Of a DNA stretch of 64,000 nucleotides, positions 9,097-18,339 are shown piece by piece (position 1 is the stretch's first letter; each line of letters opens with the position of its first letter). The stretch covers positions 4,301 through 68,300 of the forward strand of contig JAGOUW010000003.1 of NCBI GenBank assembly GCA_018061075.1, written 5' to 3'. The notes under the pieces are model-generated. The model was not told the DNA's origin. It did not search any database and was given only the letters and a program-made list of their open reading frames with translations. This DNA is from Candidatus Levyibacteriota bacterium (GTDB taxonomy: Bacteria; Patescibacteriota; Microgenomatia; Levybacterales; UBA12049). The position numbers were made by a program, and so were the translations under genes.

Positions 9097-10140
9097 ATGA
9101 ACGCTATGGAACCTGTCCCGCCAATTGCCCAACCTGACGCTCAACCTGCAACTCCAGCTCGTGGACCGATTGCGAGAGTAAAAGGAGCAGTCGGAGGTTT
9201 TTTTGCAGGTGGCGGACCTGACGCATCATCACAAGTCATGGTTACTAATCCACCAGGAGAAATAGCACCTGCAACACCTGGACTTCAACCAAGACCCGAC
9301 ACTACTCCCGCTGCAGTAGTACCTAGTCCATGGGCAAATCCAGACGCCGCAGCCGCTGCCGTACCTCCATCTTTAGCAAGTATTGCAGAACCAACATTTG
9401 GAGCTGCACCTGTGGCTGAACCTGCTGCGGTTGTTCCTACCTTACCAGAAGATCCTTTCGCACCGAAAGCTACAATAGAACGAGCACCAATAACTATTCC
9501 AGAACCTATCGCTACTGCAGCACCAGAGCCAACTGTTACCCCTGATCCTTTAACTTCTCCAACCGTTGAACCTGCTCCGATTGCACCAACCCTACCAAGC
9601 GATCCTTTCGCACCGAAAGCAACAACAGAACCAGTTGCCCCAGCTCCCGTAGAACCAGCGCCCGTAATTCCTATACCAGAACCTACAGTAGTAGCCTCTC
9701 CAGTTTGGGAACAAAACCCTACTGATTCTGGAACAGATAGCATAGTTGTAGATCCTGATATGAGAACGTCCTCTACGCCATCAGTTGAACCAACTACAGG
9801 AGCAACTACTCCAGAAGATACCAGCGCTGTTGCATCCGAAGAAGCAACACCAGAGCCACCTATGTTCAGAAAAGTAGTAGACGGGGATCTTATTAGCTAT
9901 GAATTTACTCCAGAAGGCAGAGACAAAATGATGGCTGCATTTGCAAAAGCTGTTGACAGTGGTGCTTTTAATGATCTTGCAGGAATGTTCGCTAGTGGAC
10001 AAGGATCCGAGCCAGAGGCACAAAACACAGAAGCTACTGCTCCAACACCACCAACTGAATCTCTTCCAGCAACTCCTACAACTGAATTACCCCCACCACC
10101 AACCACTTCAGCATCTCCAACCTTACCAGGAACTATATAA
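9097..10140 (+). CDS. Pro/Ala/Thr-rich low-complexity protein with a 50-aa internal repeat; function unknown
   Basis: 347 aa with no TM helix or signal peptide. The repeat is LP(E/S)DPFAPKAT...IPEP. A short ordered-looking C-terminal segment reads FRKVVDGDLISYEFTPEGRDKMMAAFAKAVDSGAF. The true start may be the ATG at 9106 (see promoter geometry in findings). Confidence 0.6.
   Translation: MNAMEPVPPIAQPDAQPATPARGPIARVKGAVGGFFAGGGPDASSQVMVTNPPGEIAPATPGLQPRPDTTPAAVVPSPWANPDAAAAAVPPSLASIAEPTFGAAPVAEPAAVVPTLPEDPFAPKATIERAPITIPEPIATAAPEPTVTPDPLTSPTVEPAPIAPTLPSDPFAPKATTEPVAPAPVEPAPVIPIPEPTVVASPVWEQNPTDSGTDSIVVDPDMRTSSTPSVEPTTGATTPEDTSAVASEEATPEPPMFRKVVDGDLISYEFTPEGRDKMMAAFAKAVDSGAFNDLAGMFASGQGSEPEAQNTEATAPTPPTESLPATPTTELPPPPTTSASPTLPGTI
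9451..9620 (+). repeat. intragenic 150-bp-period direct repeat
   Basis: The exact 20-mer gatcctttcgcaccgaaagc occurs at 9451-9470 and again at 9601-9620. The flanking sequence is diverged but colinear. Confidence 0.9.
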
Positions 10141-10147
10141 TTTCCTA

Positions 10148-10176
10148 TTGCAATTTCCTCATTTCAAACTTAAAAT
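10148..10176 (+). promoter_or_regulatory. promoter TTGCAA-17-TAAAAT ending 6 nt before the ATG (leaderless geometry)
   Basis: TTGCAA at 10148-10153, TAAAAT at 10171-10176, ATG at 10183. Confidence 0.55.
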
Positions 10177-10182
10177 ATAAAA

Positions 10183-10941
10183 ATGCAGAAAAAGAATCAT
10201 AATCCCTCTGAAACCTCCTCTAATTGGCAAAATGAATTAAAAAAACAGGAAAGAGCAGACATGCTTAAGAAAATCATGATGTGGGGTGCAATACTCGGAG
10301 TCTCTATTCTAGGACTTGCTGGACTCGTATTAATTGCAGATAAAAGCACCTCTACTACTGAGACACCGATTGAAAACGCAAATCTTCCTAAGATGACAGA
10401 AAATGATATTGTCGTAGGAGAAAGAAATGCAAAAGTTACGATTACTGAATATGCAGATTTTCAATGTCCAGCTTGTGCAAGCTACAATCCTACATTAAAT
10501 AGAATAGTTGAAGAAAACCCAGACGTAAAAGTAATTTACAGATTCTTTCCCCTCAGAGGAATTCATAAAAATGCTTTAATTTCAGGTCAAGCAGGATATG
10601 CTGCGCATAAATTAGGTAATTTCTCAGAAATGAAAGATCTCTTGTATGCAAATCAGGCTGACTGGGAGAATCTAGGAGATCCAAAAGAGATTTTCGAAGG
10701 CTATGCGAGCTCAATTGGACTGGATGTCGAAGAATTTAGAACCATCATGAATAGTGAAGAAGCTAAAAAAGCAGTTGAAGATGGAGAAAAAGAAGCAATT
10801 GGCCTCGGACTTAATTCCACACCAAGCTTTTTTATAGGAAATAAGCAATTCTCAGCCTCAACCTATGATGAATTTAAGAAATTAATCGATGAAGAACTTA
10901 AAAACTCAGGCGCTAAACCTACAGTAAAACCCCTTCAATAA
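10183..10941 (+). CDS. membrane-anchored DsbA-family thiol:disulfide oxidoreductase
   Basis: 252 aa with a TM helix (IMMWGAILGVSILGLAGLVLI). The thioredoxin active site is FQCPACASYNP. The DsbA-like tail reads STPSFFIGNKQF. Confidence 0.8.
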   Translation: MQKKNHNPSETSSNWQNELKKQERADMLKKIMMWGAILGVSILGLAGLVLIADKSTSTTETPIENANLPKMTENDIVVGERNAKVTITEYADFQCPACASYNPTLNRIVEENPDVKVIYRFFPLRGIHKNALISGQAGYAAHKLGNFSEMKDLLYANQADWENLGDPKEIFEGYASSIGLDVEEFRTIMNSEEAKKAVEDGEKEAIGLGLNSTPSFFIGNKQFSASTYDEFKKLIDEELKNSGAKPTVKPLQ

Positions 10942-10983
10942 TATTCTACTTTAAATCTTAGATTACTTTTTTTAGAAGAAAAC

Positions 10984-11445
10984 TTAGCTTTCGTCTGGGA
11001 GATAAATGTGGCCGTGTTCTGTTTTTACCCAATCAAATATTTCATCTGGCTTAAACATTAATCCTTTTTCTTTATCTGCTGCTTCCTTATTTTCTGAAGC
11101 ATGAATAAGATTGTACTGCTGACTCATTCCAAAATCCCCTCGGATAGTTCCAGGTTCTGCTGCACGGGATTTAGTGACTCCTGTCATTTTTCTAATAGTC
11201 TCAATTGCCTCATATCCTTCCCAAAGCATTGCTACAACTGGATATGACTTCATATAGTCACGAAGTCCTGGAAAAAATGGCTTATCCTTGTGATGAACAT
11301 ACCATTCTTCGAGAAGTGAGTCCTGAAGCGAAATCATTTTTATTCCTACCAACTTAAGTCCTTTACGTTCAAATCTGTGAATTACTTCACCAATTAATCC
11401 TCTTTGGACTCCATCTGGTTTTACTATTACGACTGATTGTTCCAT
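10984..11445 (-). CDS. ndk: nucleoside-diphosphate kinase
   Basis: 153 aa. Motifs VVIVKPDGVQRGLIGEVIHRFERKGLKLVG and GTIRGDF are present, and NLIHASE contains the active-site His. Confidence 0.92.
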   Translation of the reverse strand: MEQSVVIVKPDGVQRGLIGEVIHRFERKGLKLVGIKMISLQDSLLEEWYVHHKDKPFFPGLRDYMKSYPVVAMLWEGYEAIETIRKMTGVTKSRAAEPGTIRGDFGMSQQYNLIHASENKEAADKEKGLMFKPDEIFDWVKTEHGHIYLPDES

Positions 11446-11469
11446 ATTCTAATTATATAACAAGAAGTT

Positions 11470-12744
11470 CTAAAGCGAAAGAAGCTTTTCAAACTTTACC
11501 TTACTCGTAAAATCTCCAATTAAAGCGAGATTTAAAGTCTTTTCAGTTATATATTTCTTAGCGACTTTCATTACTTCAGCTTCTGTTACCTTATCAATCT
11601 TCTTAAGAACCTCATCAGGATTTAAGATAGCTTCTTCTAGAATATCCTGTGTGGAATAAAAGATTGAGGCTGATCTACTATCTTCTAATTCCAAAACCAC
11701 GTGACCTTTAATATTTTCTTTGGCTTTATTAAGTTCATCCTTAGTTATTGGCTTTTTTCCATCCCTAAGATCTTTAAGCTCAGAAACTATAACCTCTATC
11801 GCTTCATGTGCTCTTTTTGGATCGACCCCTGAGTTAACAGTTAGTGAACCAGCATCAATGTACTGCTCTGAATTTGCTCTAACATAATAAGCTAATCCTC
11901 TTTTTTCCCTAACTTCTGAGAAAAGCCTTGAAGACATTCCTCCACCAAGAATATTTGCGAGTACCCAAAGCGGATATTTTTCAGGTGAATCAATTGGAAC
12001 TGTTCTAAAACCTAAAGCTAGATGAGCTTGCTCAGTCTTTTTATTTCTTAAAAGCATTTGCGGTTTCTTCTGAGCCTCTTTAATCTTTAAGAATTTTCCC
12101 GTTTTAAACGGTCTCATGTTAGAAAAGTATTTATGAACCAATTCCTCTGATTTCTTAGGCTCAATTCCACCCGCTAAAACCACGGTCATGTTTGATGGAC
12201 TGTAATATTTTTGAAGATAGCTCATGAAATCTTCTCGAGTTATACTTCTAATAATCTCTTTCTCCCCTGCAATATCCCAACCAAGCGGCGTATCTCCATA
12301 AAGAAGTCTTTCGTAAATATCTCCAATTTTTCTCATTGGAGTATCTTCGTACATATTGATTTCTTCTATGATTACACCCTTCTCTTTTTCGATTTCCCCT
12401 GGATCAAGAAGTGAATTTTGAATCATGTCTGATAACAAATCTAGACATATTTCGATATTGTTCTTAGCTGCTTTGATATAGTAACCTGTATACTCTTTAT
12501 TAGTAAAAGCATTAAACTCTCCACCAATTCCATCAATTAGTCCTGCAATATCCATAAAGGTCGGGCGAGTTCTTGTTCCCTTAAATGCCATGTGTTCCAG
12601 GAAATGAGAAATACCATTATTCTTTTTATTTTCATAACGGGAACCAGCGCCCACCATAACAAGAGCTGTTGCTGATTCAAAAGAAGGCATTGGAACTGTT
12701 ATTACCCGGAGTCCATTTGAAAGAGTTTTTTTATTATATTTCAT
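11470..12744 (-). CDS. M16-family (pitrilysin/insulinase-like) zinc peptidase
   Basis: 424 aa. The inverted zinc motif is GISHFLEHMAFKGT (HxxEH). It shows M16 N- and C-domain colinearity. Confidence 0.85.
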   Translation of the reverse strand: MKYNKKTLSNGLRVITVPMPSFESATALVMVGAGSRYENKKNNGISHFLEHMAFKGTRTRPTFMDIAGLIDGIGGEFNAFTNKEYTGYYIKAAKNNIEICLDLLSDMIQNSLLDPGEIEKEKGVIIEEINMYEDTPMRKIGDIYERLLYGDTPLGWDIAGEKEIIRSITREDFMSYLQKYYSPSNMTVVLAGGIEPKKSEELVHKYFSNMRPFKTGKFLKIKEAQKKPQMLLRNKKTEQAHLALGFRTVPIDSPEKYPLWVLANILGGGMSSRLFSEVREKRGLAYYVRANSEQYIDAGSLTVNSGVDPKRAHEAIEVIVSELKDLRDGKKPITKDELNKAKENIKGHVVLELEDSRSASIFYSTQDILEEAILNPDEVLKKIDKVTEAEVMKVAKKYITEKTLNLALIGDFTSKVKFEKLLSL

Positions 12745-12792
12745 TATTTGTTTGGGACAGGAAAATCTAGTAGTTTCTAATGTTGGATCATA

Positions 12793-14454
12793 TCAAATTT
12801 TCTTAGGCGCTTCAATTCCTAAAAGATAAAGTCCGTTTTTTAAAGTCTTCCCAACTATGTTAATTACTGCCATTTTTTCGTCTTCATTAGCACTCCCAAC
12901 CACTTTTTCTTTTTCATAAAATTGATTAAAATTTTGGGCCAAAATATATAGATAATTGGTTAAAATATTTGGTGAAAAATTCCTCGACGACTCATTTATA
13001 ACAATTTCAAATTGGCAGACAATTCTAAGTAGTGCTACCAATTCTGGCTGTATTTTTTCACGAAGTTTAGCCTCAAAATCGGCATTCGATGCTTTTTCCA
13101 ATAAACTCTGTGTTCTTGCATATGCATAAAGCATATAAGGCCCAGAATTACCCTCAATTTGTATTGATTCGTCTATAGAAAATGAAATATTTGATTCTCG
13201 TGAAAACTTTAACATGGCCCATTTCACAGATGCCACAGTTAGACCCTCTAAAACCTCCGCTGGGACCTCCCTGAACCCTTCTTTTAGCCTTTTACTAACT
13301 TCTTCGATTAACCAAAATGCTGATACTATATTTCCTGTTCTCGAGGACATCTTTCCCTCTTTAAGGTTTATAAAACCATATGAAAGATGTGAAGTTTTGG
13401 TAGCAATTTTTTCGTCAGTCAACCCTAATGCTTTTAGTAAAACTTTAAAATATTCTGTCTGTTCATTCGCTGTCATTATGATAGATTTGGCGTTTGGAAA
13501 ATCTTCATTTTTCATAACAGCAAGTGCTAAATCTTTTCCTTCATATGTAACATTTTTTTCTTTTGTTACAAAAACTCTAGTATGAAGTCCGTGGTCTTCT
13601 CCTCTAAAAATAATTGCGCCGTCATCGGTTTTAAAAACTTTTCCAACATTTTCTTCAACTATCATTTTTCCGACAGGAGCTGTTTCACTTTCAAAATAAT
13701 ATTTCTTATATTTAACTCCTAAAATCTTATAAAGCTCTTCGAAATATTCTAACGACCATTCTCTTCCCTTTTCCCAAATTTCGATCACTTGCGAGTCCTT
13801 TTGATATATTTTTATATTAATATCGGTTATTTCTTTTTTAGCATTTTCGTCTTCTTCAAATGCTTTTGCACCACTTGAATAACATCTTCCTAGATATTTT
13901 GCTCTTTCCTCTAAGCTTCTATTTTTAAATTCATCAAAATCTTTAGAATTAATAATCCCCCAGATGCATTTTGCTACGTGCATGCCTACGTCACCTTCAT
14001 AATTAGCTCGAATAACATCATTTCCCTCAGACTCCTTTAAACGCGCCAGAGATTCGCCTAAAACTAAATTTCTAACATGGCCCAAATGAGGCTCCTTAAA
14101 TGGATTTAAATCACCAAACTCTAAGATTAACTCATCTCCACTTTTCGTTTTATTTTTTGCAAACAAACTTAGACTTTGATTTATGATCTCCGAATCAAAC
14201 AAATAAAAATTAATAAATCCTGGCTTAGCAATCTCGATTTTATTAAATTTAGCAGCTATTTCGCTTTTTTCTAAAGCTTGTTTTATTTTTTCTGCGATTT
14301 CAATGGGGTTTCCACCCAATCTCATGGCTATATTCGTAGAAAAGTCGCCCTTCGTTAAATCTGTAGGCACATCAACTTTTATTTCAACGCTTTTATCACT
14401 CAATTCAGCCGTAATTTTCTGAATCTCTTTAATCAACTCGCCTCGTACTTCCAT
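12793..14454 (-). CDS. argS: arginine--tRNA ligase
   Basis: The class I HIGH motif reads PHLGHVRN and the KMSKS-like motif reads KMSSRTGN. The DALR anticodon-binding tail is present. I prefer the start at MEVRGEL (14454) because a TACAAT box at 14466-14461 ends 6 nt upstream of it. The track start at 14481 adds 9 aa. Confidence 0.9.
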   Translation of the reverse strand: MEVRGELIKEIQKITAELSDKSVEIKVDVPTDLTKGDFSTNIAMRLGGNPIEIAEKIKQALEKSEIAAKFNKIEIAKPGFINFYLFDSEIINQSLSLFAKNKTKSGDELILEFGDLNPFKEPHLGHVRNLVLGESLARLKESEGNDVIRANYEGDVGMHVAKCIWGIINSKDFDEFKNRSLEERAKYLGRCYSSGAKAFEEDENAKKEITDINIKIYQKDSQVIEIWEKGREWSLEYFEELYKILGVKYKKYYFESETAPVGKMIVEENVGKVFKTDDGAIIFRGEDHGLHTRVFVTKEKNVTYEGKDLALAVMKNEDFPNAKSIIMTANEQTEYFKVLLKALGLTDEKIATKTSHLSYGFINLKEGKMSSRTGNIVSAFWLIEEVSKRLKEGFREVPAEVLEGLTVASVKWAMLKFSRESNISFSIDESIQIEGNSGPYMLYAYARTQSLLEKASNADFEAKLREKIQPELVALLRIVCQFEIVINESSRNFSPNILTNYLYILAQNFNQFYEKEKVVGSANEDEKMAVINIVGKTLKNGLYLLGIEAPKKI

Positions 14455-14649
14455 AATTGAATTGTAGCATAGAAAATTCAAATCGTATTCTTACATCTTT
14501 TTGATCATATTAATTTTACCGATATACATAAAAAATCTAAAAAGTATAAAAACAAGACGCAATAAAACCCATGTTTTGAATTTAGCTTCAATTAGATAGG
14601 CTCAAAGCTATTGCTTTTTTGATTTTCTAGTACTACCATATAGTTAATA

Positions 14650-15048
14650 ATGAAAATTTTAATGGTTGATGACGATGAGGCGTTATTAACAGTTTTCGCT
14701 ACCACTCTAAAAAAGCATGGTTATGAAGTCATAACTGCTCCCAATGGTCAACAAGGACTAGAAAAAGCAAAAAACGAAAAGCCGGACTTCATATTTCTAG
14801 ATCAAGTTCTCCCCGATATTCAAGGAAATGAAGTTTTAAAAACCCTAAAGGATGATTTAGCTACAAAAATGATCCCGGTGGCTATGCTTTCTAACTTTGG
14901 TCAGAATGAACTTATTCAAAAAGCTATTAACACAGGGGCTGCGGATTATATCCTCAAATACCTTATTGAGCCTGATGATTTGGATGTGAAAATAAGAGAC
15001 TTAACAAAAGCGGCTCAAACTCAACCAGACAGAGAACAACCTCTCTAA
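14650..15048 (+). CDS. stand-alone receiver-domain response regulator (CheY-like, no output domain)
   Basis: 132 aa. It has MKILMVDDDE, a phospho-acceptor Asp in DFIFLDQVLPD and the conserved K in ILKYL. Confidence 0.85.
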   Translation: MKILMVDDDEALLTVFATTLKKHGYEVITAPNGQQGLEKAKNEKPDFIFLDQVLPDIQGNEVLKTLKDDLATKMIPVAMLSNFGQNELIQKAINTGAADYILKYLIEPDDLDVKIRDLTKAAQTQPDREQPL

Positions 15049-15052
15049 GTCT

Positions 15053-16228
15053 ATGATTACTGCCACTGCCCTCTTCTTAATAATAACTGCAATCTCAGTG
15101 GGCATCTCACTCCTAGTATTATTCAAATCCAGATCTGACAGCTCTAAGGTTAAAGATGTTTCAGATGAGGAAAAAAATAAGCTCCTAAGTATCATAAGCA
15201 GCCTAAATGATGGTGTTATAGTTTTAGATGACAAACTAAATCCTTGGGCAATTAACGATTCAGCCAGATCATTCCTAGGAATAACTAAAGAATCCCCAAC
15301 TTTTGAAGATATCTCTCTTTCGTTCGCAAGTGAAATGAATATCCAGGAAAAAATTAGAGAAGTCATGCAATTTGATCGAGTCACAACTCTTCATGAGGTT
15401 ATTATCACAGGTAAAACATTTCAAGTTTTCATAAATCCAATCGGAGGTAAAAATAATGTCCCAATTAGTGGGGTTTCAGTTCTGCTTCAAGATATTACGG
15501 CAGAAAAATCTGTCGAAAAAACCAAAGAAGAGTTTTCTCACTCAGTAGTCCATGAACTTCGAGCACCAGTTACAGCCATAAAAGACAGCGCATCTTTAAT
15601 GATTGCGGACGGACTAAGTGAAGAGGATGAGAAAAAGATGCTAAACCTGATTCATGACCAGGCTAAAAAAATGCTCACGCAGATTTCTACAATTCTTGAT
15701 GCAGCTAAAGTAGAAGGCGGAAAACTTATTCTAACAAAAGCTCCAGGCGACATTGGAAAAGTAGTTCAAGATGAGGTAGCGCTATTTCTCCCTGAAGCTA
15801 AAAAGAAAAATATCACCTTAGTAGCTGAAGTCGGCAATAATCTTCCAGTTGTCTCATTTGATAGCATCAGAATAGCTCAGGCTATAACAAACATCATCTC
15901 CAATAGCCTCAAATACACAAATGAAAATGGTATTATAAAAATTACAGTTGACACTGATGAAGAATATGAGAGAACAAAATCCGAGGGATTTTTAATTATC
16001 ACTGTCGCAGATAACGGAATAGGTATTCTCCCTGAAAAACAAAACATGCTATTTACTAAATTCGGGCAGTTTAATTCAAATGCAAGCAAAGAATCTCAAA
16101 AAGCCAGTAGCGGACTAGGACTTTATATAACTAAAGGTATAATAGACGCTCACGGAGGAACGATTGGAATTGAATCAGCGGTCGGAAAAGGAACAACCAC
16201 CACACTTAAGCTTCCTATTAATTCTTAA
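15053..16228 (+). CDS. sensor histidine kinase (TM - PAS-like - HisKA - HATPase_c)
   Basis: 391 aa. The H-box is FSHSVVHELRAPVTAI, the N-box is ITNIISNSLKYT and the G-boxes are DNGIGI and GLGLYITKGI. Confidence 0.88.
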   Translation: MITATALFLIITAISVGISLLVLFKSRSDSSKVKDVSDEEKNKLLSIISSLNDGVIVLDDKLNPWAINDSARSFLGITKESPTFEDISLSFASEMNIQEKIREVMQFDRVTTLHEVIITGKTFQVFINPIGGKNNVPISGVSVLLQDITAEKSVEKTKEEFSHSVVHELRAPVTAIKDSASLMIADGLSEEDEKKMLNLIHDQAKKMLTQISTILDAAKVEGGKLILTKAPGDIGKVVQDEVALFLPEAKKKNITLVAEVGNNLPVVSFDSIRIAQAITNIISNSLKYTNENGIIKITVDTDEEYERTKSEGFLIITVADNGIGILPEKQNMLFTKFGQFNSNASKESQKASSGLGLYITKGIIDAHGGTIGIESAVGKGTTTTLKLPINS

Positions 16229-16234
16229 AAGATC

Positions 16235-17101
16235 TTAATTTTTTGTTTTTAAAAAATATATCTTTCCATCACTTATTATCTCTATATCTGCCATTTGATC
16301 AGTCCGGAGCACTTTCACGTCGTGTGCTTCAAGCAAGCTCAAGCTTTCTTTCGCAGGATGACCATAGTTATTATCCTCCCCAGAAGAAATAACAGCGAGC
16401 TCAGGATTAGTTAGAGAAAGAAAGCTGTCGCTCATTCCTGTTTTTGATCCATGATGGGGAACTTTCAGAATATTTATCGAACGGGCCGGATCTGCAATCT
16501 GATTCATTACCTTATAATCGGCATCTCCCGTTAAAAGAGCTGAAAATTTACCGTAAGAAATAAGCTGTATAACTGAAACTTCATTCAAGCGCAGGTTTGC
16601 TCTCTTTTGATCTATTTCAGAAATTGCTCTCAGGCTCGGCCATAAAGTTGACATCGAAAAACCATATTTGTCATAAATTTTATCTCCCGAGTGTAAATAC
16701 TTAGCACTCAGCTTTTTCTTTGCTAAATTAGCCTCAAGACGTTTATAGACATCTGTCTTCCCTGGAACAGCTTCCGTGTAAAAACTGTCAACCTCGTACC
16801 GCTCAACCACGGAAATGAGGCCAGTGGAATGATCTGCGTCGGGATGAGTCATAATCACAAGATCAAGACTCCTATCCCAGAATGGCATGTGCCTACTCAG
16901 GCATTCCAATACCTTATCATCTGGACCTCCGTCAATCAATATGTCAACCTGCCTGGACGTTCGTATAAAAATCGCATCCCCCTGCCCCACATCACAGAAA
17001 ACGAGATGAAGCTTATCATCTTTGTATTTAAAAAAGGCGAAAAAAATAAGAAAACCCATAAAAATCAAGGCTATGAAAAATATAAAAAGAATCTTTTTCA
17101 T
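16235..17101 (-). CDS. ComEC C-terminal-type metallo-beta-lactamase domain protein encoded as a separate ORF with its own N-terminal TM helix
   Basis: 288 aa. It has a TM helix (ILFIFFIALIFMGFLIFFAFF). MBL motifs are CDVGQGDA, THPDADHSTG and KVPHHGSK. Its ATG overlaps the TGA of the upstream comEC (ATGA at 17098-17101). Confidence 0.8.
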   Translation of the reverse strand: MKKILFIFFIALIFMGFLIFFAFFKYKDDKLHLVFCDVGQGDAIFIRTSRQVDILIDGGPDDKVLECLSRHMPFWDRSLDLVIMTHPDADHSTGLISVVERYEVDSFYTEAVPGKTDVYKRLEANLAKKKLSAKYLHSGDKIYDKYGFSMSTLWPSLRAISEIDQKRANLRLNEVSVIQLISYGKFSALLTGDADYKVMNQIADPARSINILKVPHHGSKTGMSDSFLSLTNPELAVISSGEDNNYGHPAKESLSLLEAHDVKVLRTDQMADIEIISDGKIYFLKTKN

Positions 17102-18339
17102 TCTTTGCTCTTAAGATAAGTTGTTATGGAAGCAAGAATCAAATAGTAACCAACTATTACAATGAAAGGAATTCTTTCAATACTTAGACTTGAACCAAAT
17201 CCTGAAAATAAATCAACGATTTTTTCAAAATAAAGCAAGAAAGGAATACTTAAATACGACAATATATATCCTAATGGATCATAAATTAACCCCAAAACTG
17301 CAGATATTCCCCCAATAATCATAATAATAGGCACAGTCCAAAGCACTAACGCATTTACTAAAATTGAAACTATAGAATAAGATCCAAAATTAATTAAAAG
17401 AATAGGTAGCGTAAAAATCTGCGCAGAAATAGTCGTAGCTAAATCCTCACCAATAAATGATTTTTCAAGGCTCTTCTTAATCTTAAGCTTAAGAAAAAAC
17501 AAAGGTCTTAGGTAAATCAAACCCAGAGTAGCCATAAATGAAAGCTGAAAACCAATGTCATGTATGAGGCTAGGATTTTTGAAAAGCATAAGAAAAGCTG
17601 CTATAAATAGTCCGAGAAAAGCACTACTTTGTCTTCCAGTTAGTTGAGCTGAGAATACCAATATTCCCATTATGGATGCTCTGACTATAGAAGGCTCTAA
17701 TCCAGCCATGAAAGCATAAAAAACTATGCCTAGAATTGTGAAAATCAAGGCAATTTGTCTTTTCAGAAAGATCGCAAACAAAGTCATCAAAAATCCTCCC
17801 ACCATCGTAATATTCATGCCTGATGCAGCTATAACATGAAGAAGCCCTGTTTTTTCAAGCTTGTCATGAAAATCCTTAGGCATCTCCTGTTTTATACCGA
17901 AGGTTATACCTAAAACTAAAGAGGAAAATTTAGGATTAAGACTTGAATTAAAAAGAGAAATGATATCTTCTCTAACTTTTAATATCAAATTTGTGTCACT
18001 TCCTACCTCAGTCAGCTCAAATTCAGGATAACTTATTATAGCAATCTTATTTCCGTTTTCGGCCTCAAAATACTTTACTCTACCCTCAATTTTTAGCTGG
18101 TCTCCATATCCAACTTCAGGAATTAAAGCTAAACTGACTGAAACTCGCTGAGAATTTGGAAGAGTTAACGTAACCCGTTGACCCCTACTAGATACTTTAG
18201 GCTGAGAACTAACTTTGGTTTCGAAGCTAATCATTTGTCCTTCAGGATAAGGTTTAAAATTAGCAAAGAAGAAGGCTAAGCGCAAAAGCAGTATGAGTGA
18301 TAAAGAGGCTAGGACAAGAAAAATTAGCTTCGAATTCAT
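17098..18339 (-). CDS. comEC: ComEC/Rec2 competence channel protein (OB-fold DUF4131 plus the polytopic competence domain, lacking the MBL domain)
   Basis: 413 aa. An N-terminal OB-like segment is followed by many TM helices, with GLLHVIAASGMNITMVGGF typical of the competence domain. Confidence 0.8.
   Translation of the reverse strand: MNSKLIFLVLASLSLILLLRLAFFFANFKPYPEGQMISFETKVSSQPKVSSRGQRVTLTLPNSQRVSVSLALIPEVGYGDQLKIEGRVKYFEAENGNKIAIISYPEFELTEVGSDTNLILKVREDIISLFNSSLNPKFSSLVLGITFGIKQEMPKDFHDKLEKTGLLHVIAASGMNITMVGGFLMTLFAIFLKRQIALIFTILGIVFYAFMAGLEPSIVRASIMGILVFSAQLTGRQSSAFLGLFIAAFLMLFKNPSLIHDIGFQLSFMATLGLIYLRPLFFLKLKIKKSLEKSFIGEDLATTISAQIFTLPILLINFGSYSIVSILVNALVLWTVPIIMIIGGISAVLGLIYDPLGYILSYLSIPFLLYFEKIVDLFSGFGSSLSIERIPFIVIVGYYLILASITTYLKSKE

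Noticed and set aside
9285-10180. Antisense and alternate-frame ORFs within the Pro-rich gene (9285-9743, 9781-10023, 9897-10106, 9941-10180).
   Set aside because: These are shadow frames of a GC-rich, repeat-containing gene. The plus-frame product has a coherent repeat structure and a promoter.
16235-18339. ComEC pseudogene disrupted by a frameshift.
   Set aside because: The two ORFs meet at a clean ATGA overlap. The downstream ORF has its own start and N-terminal TM helix, and all MBL metal-binding motifs are intact. Gene fission is more parsimonious, pending a read-level check.
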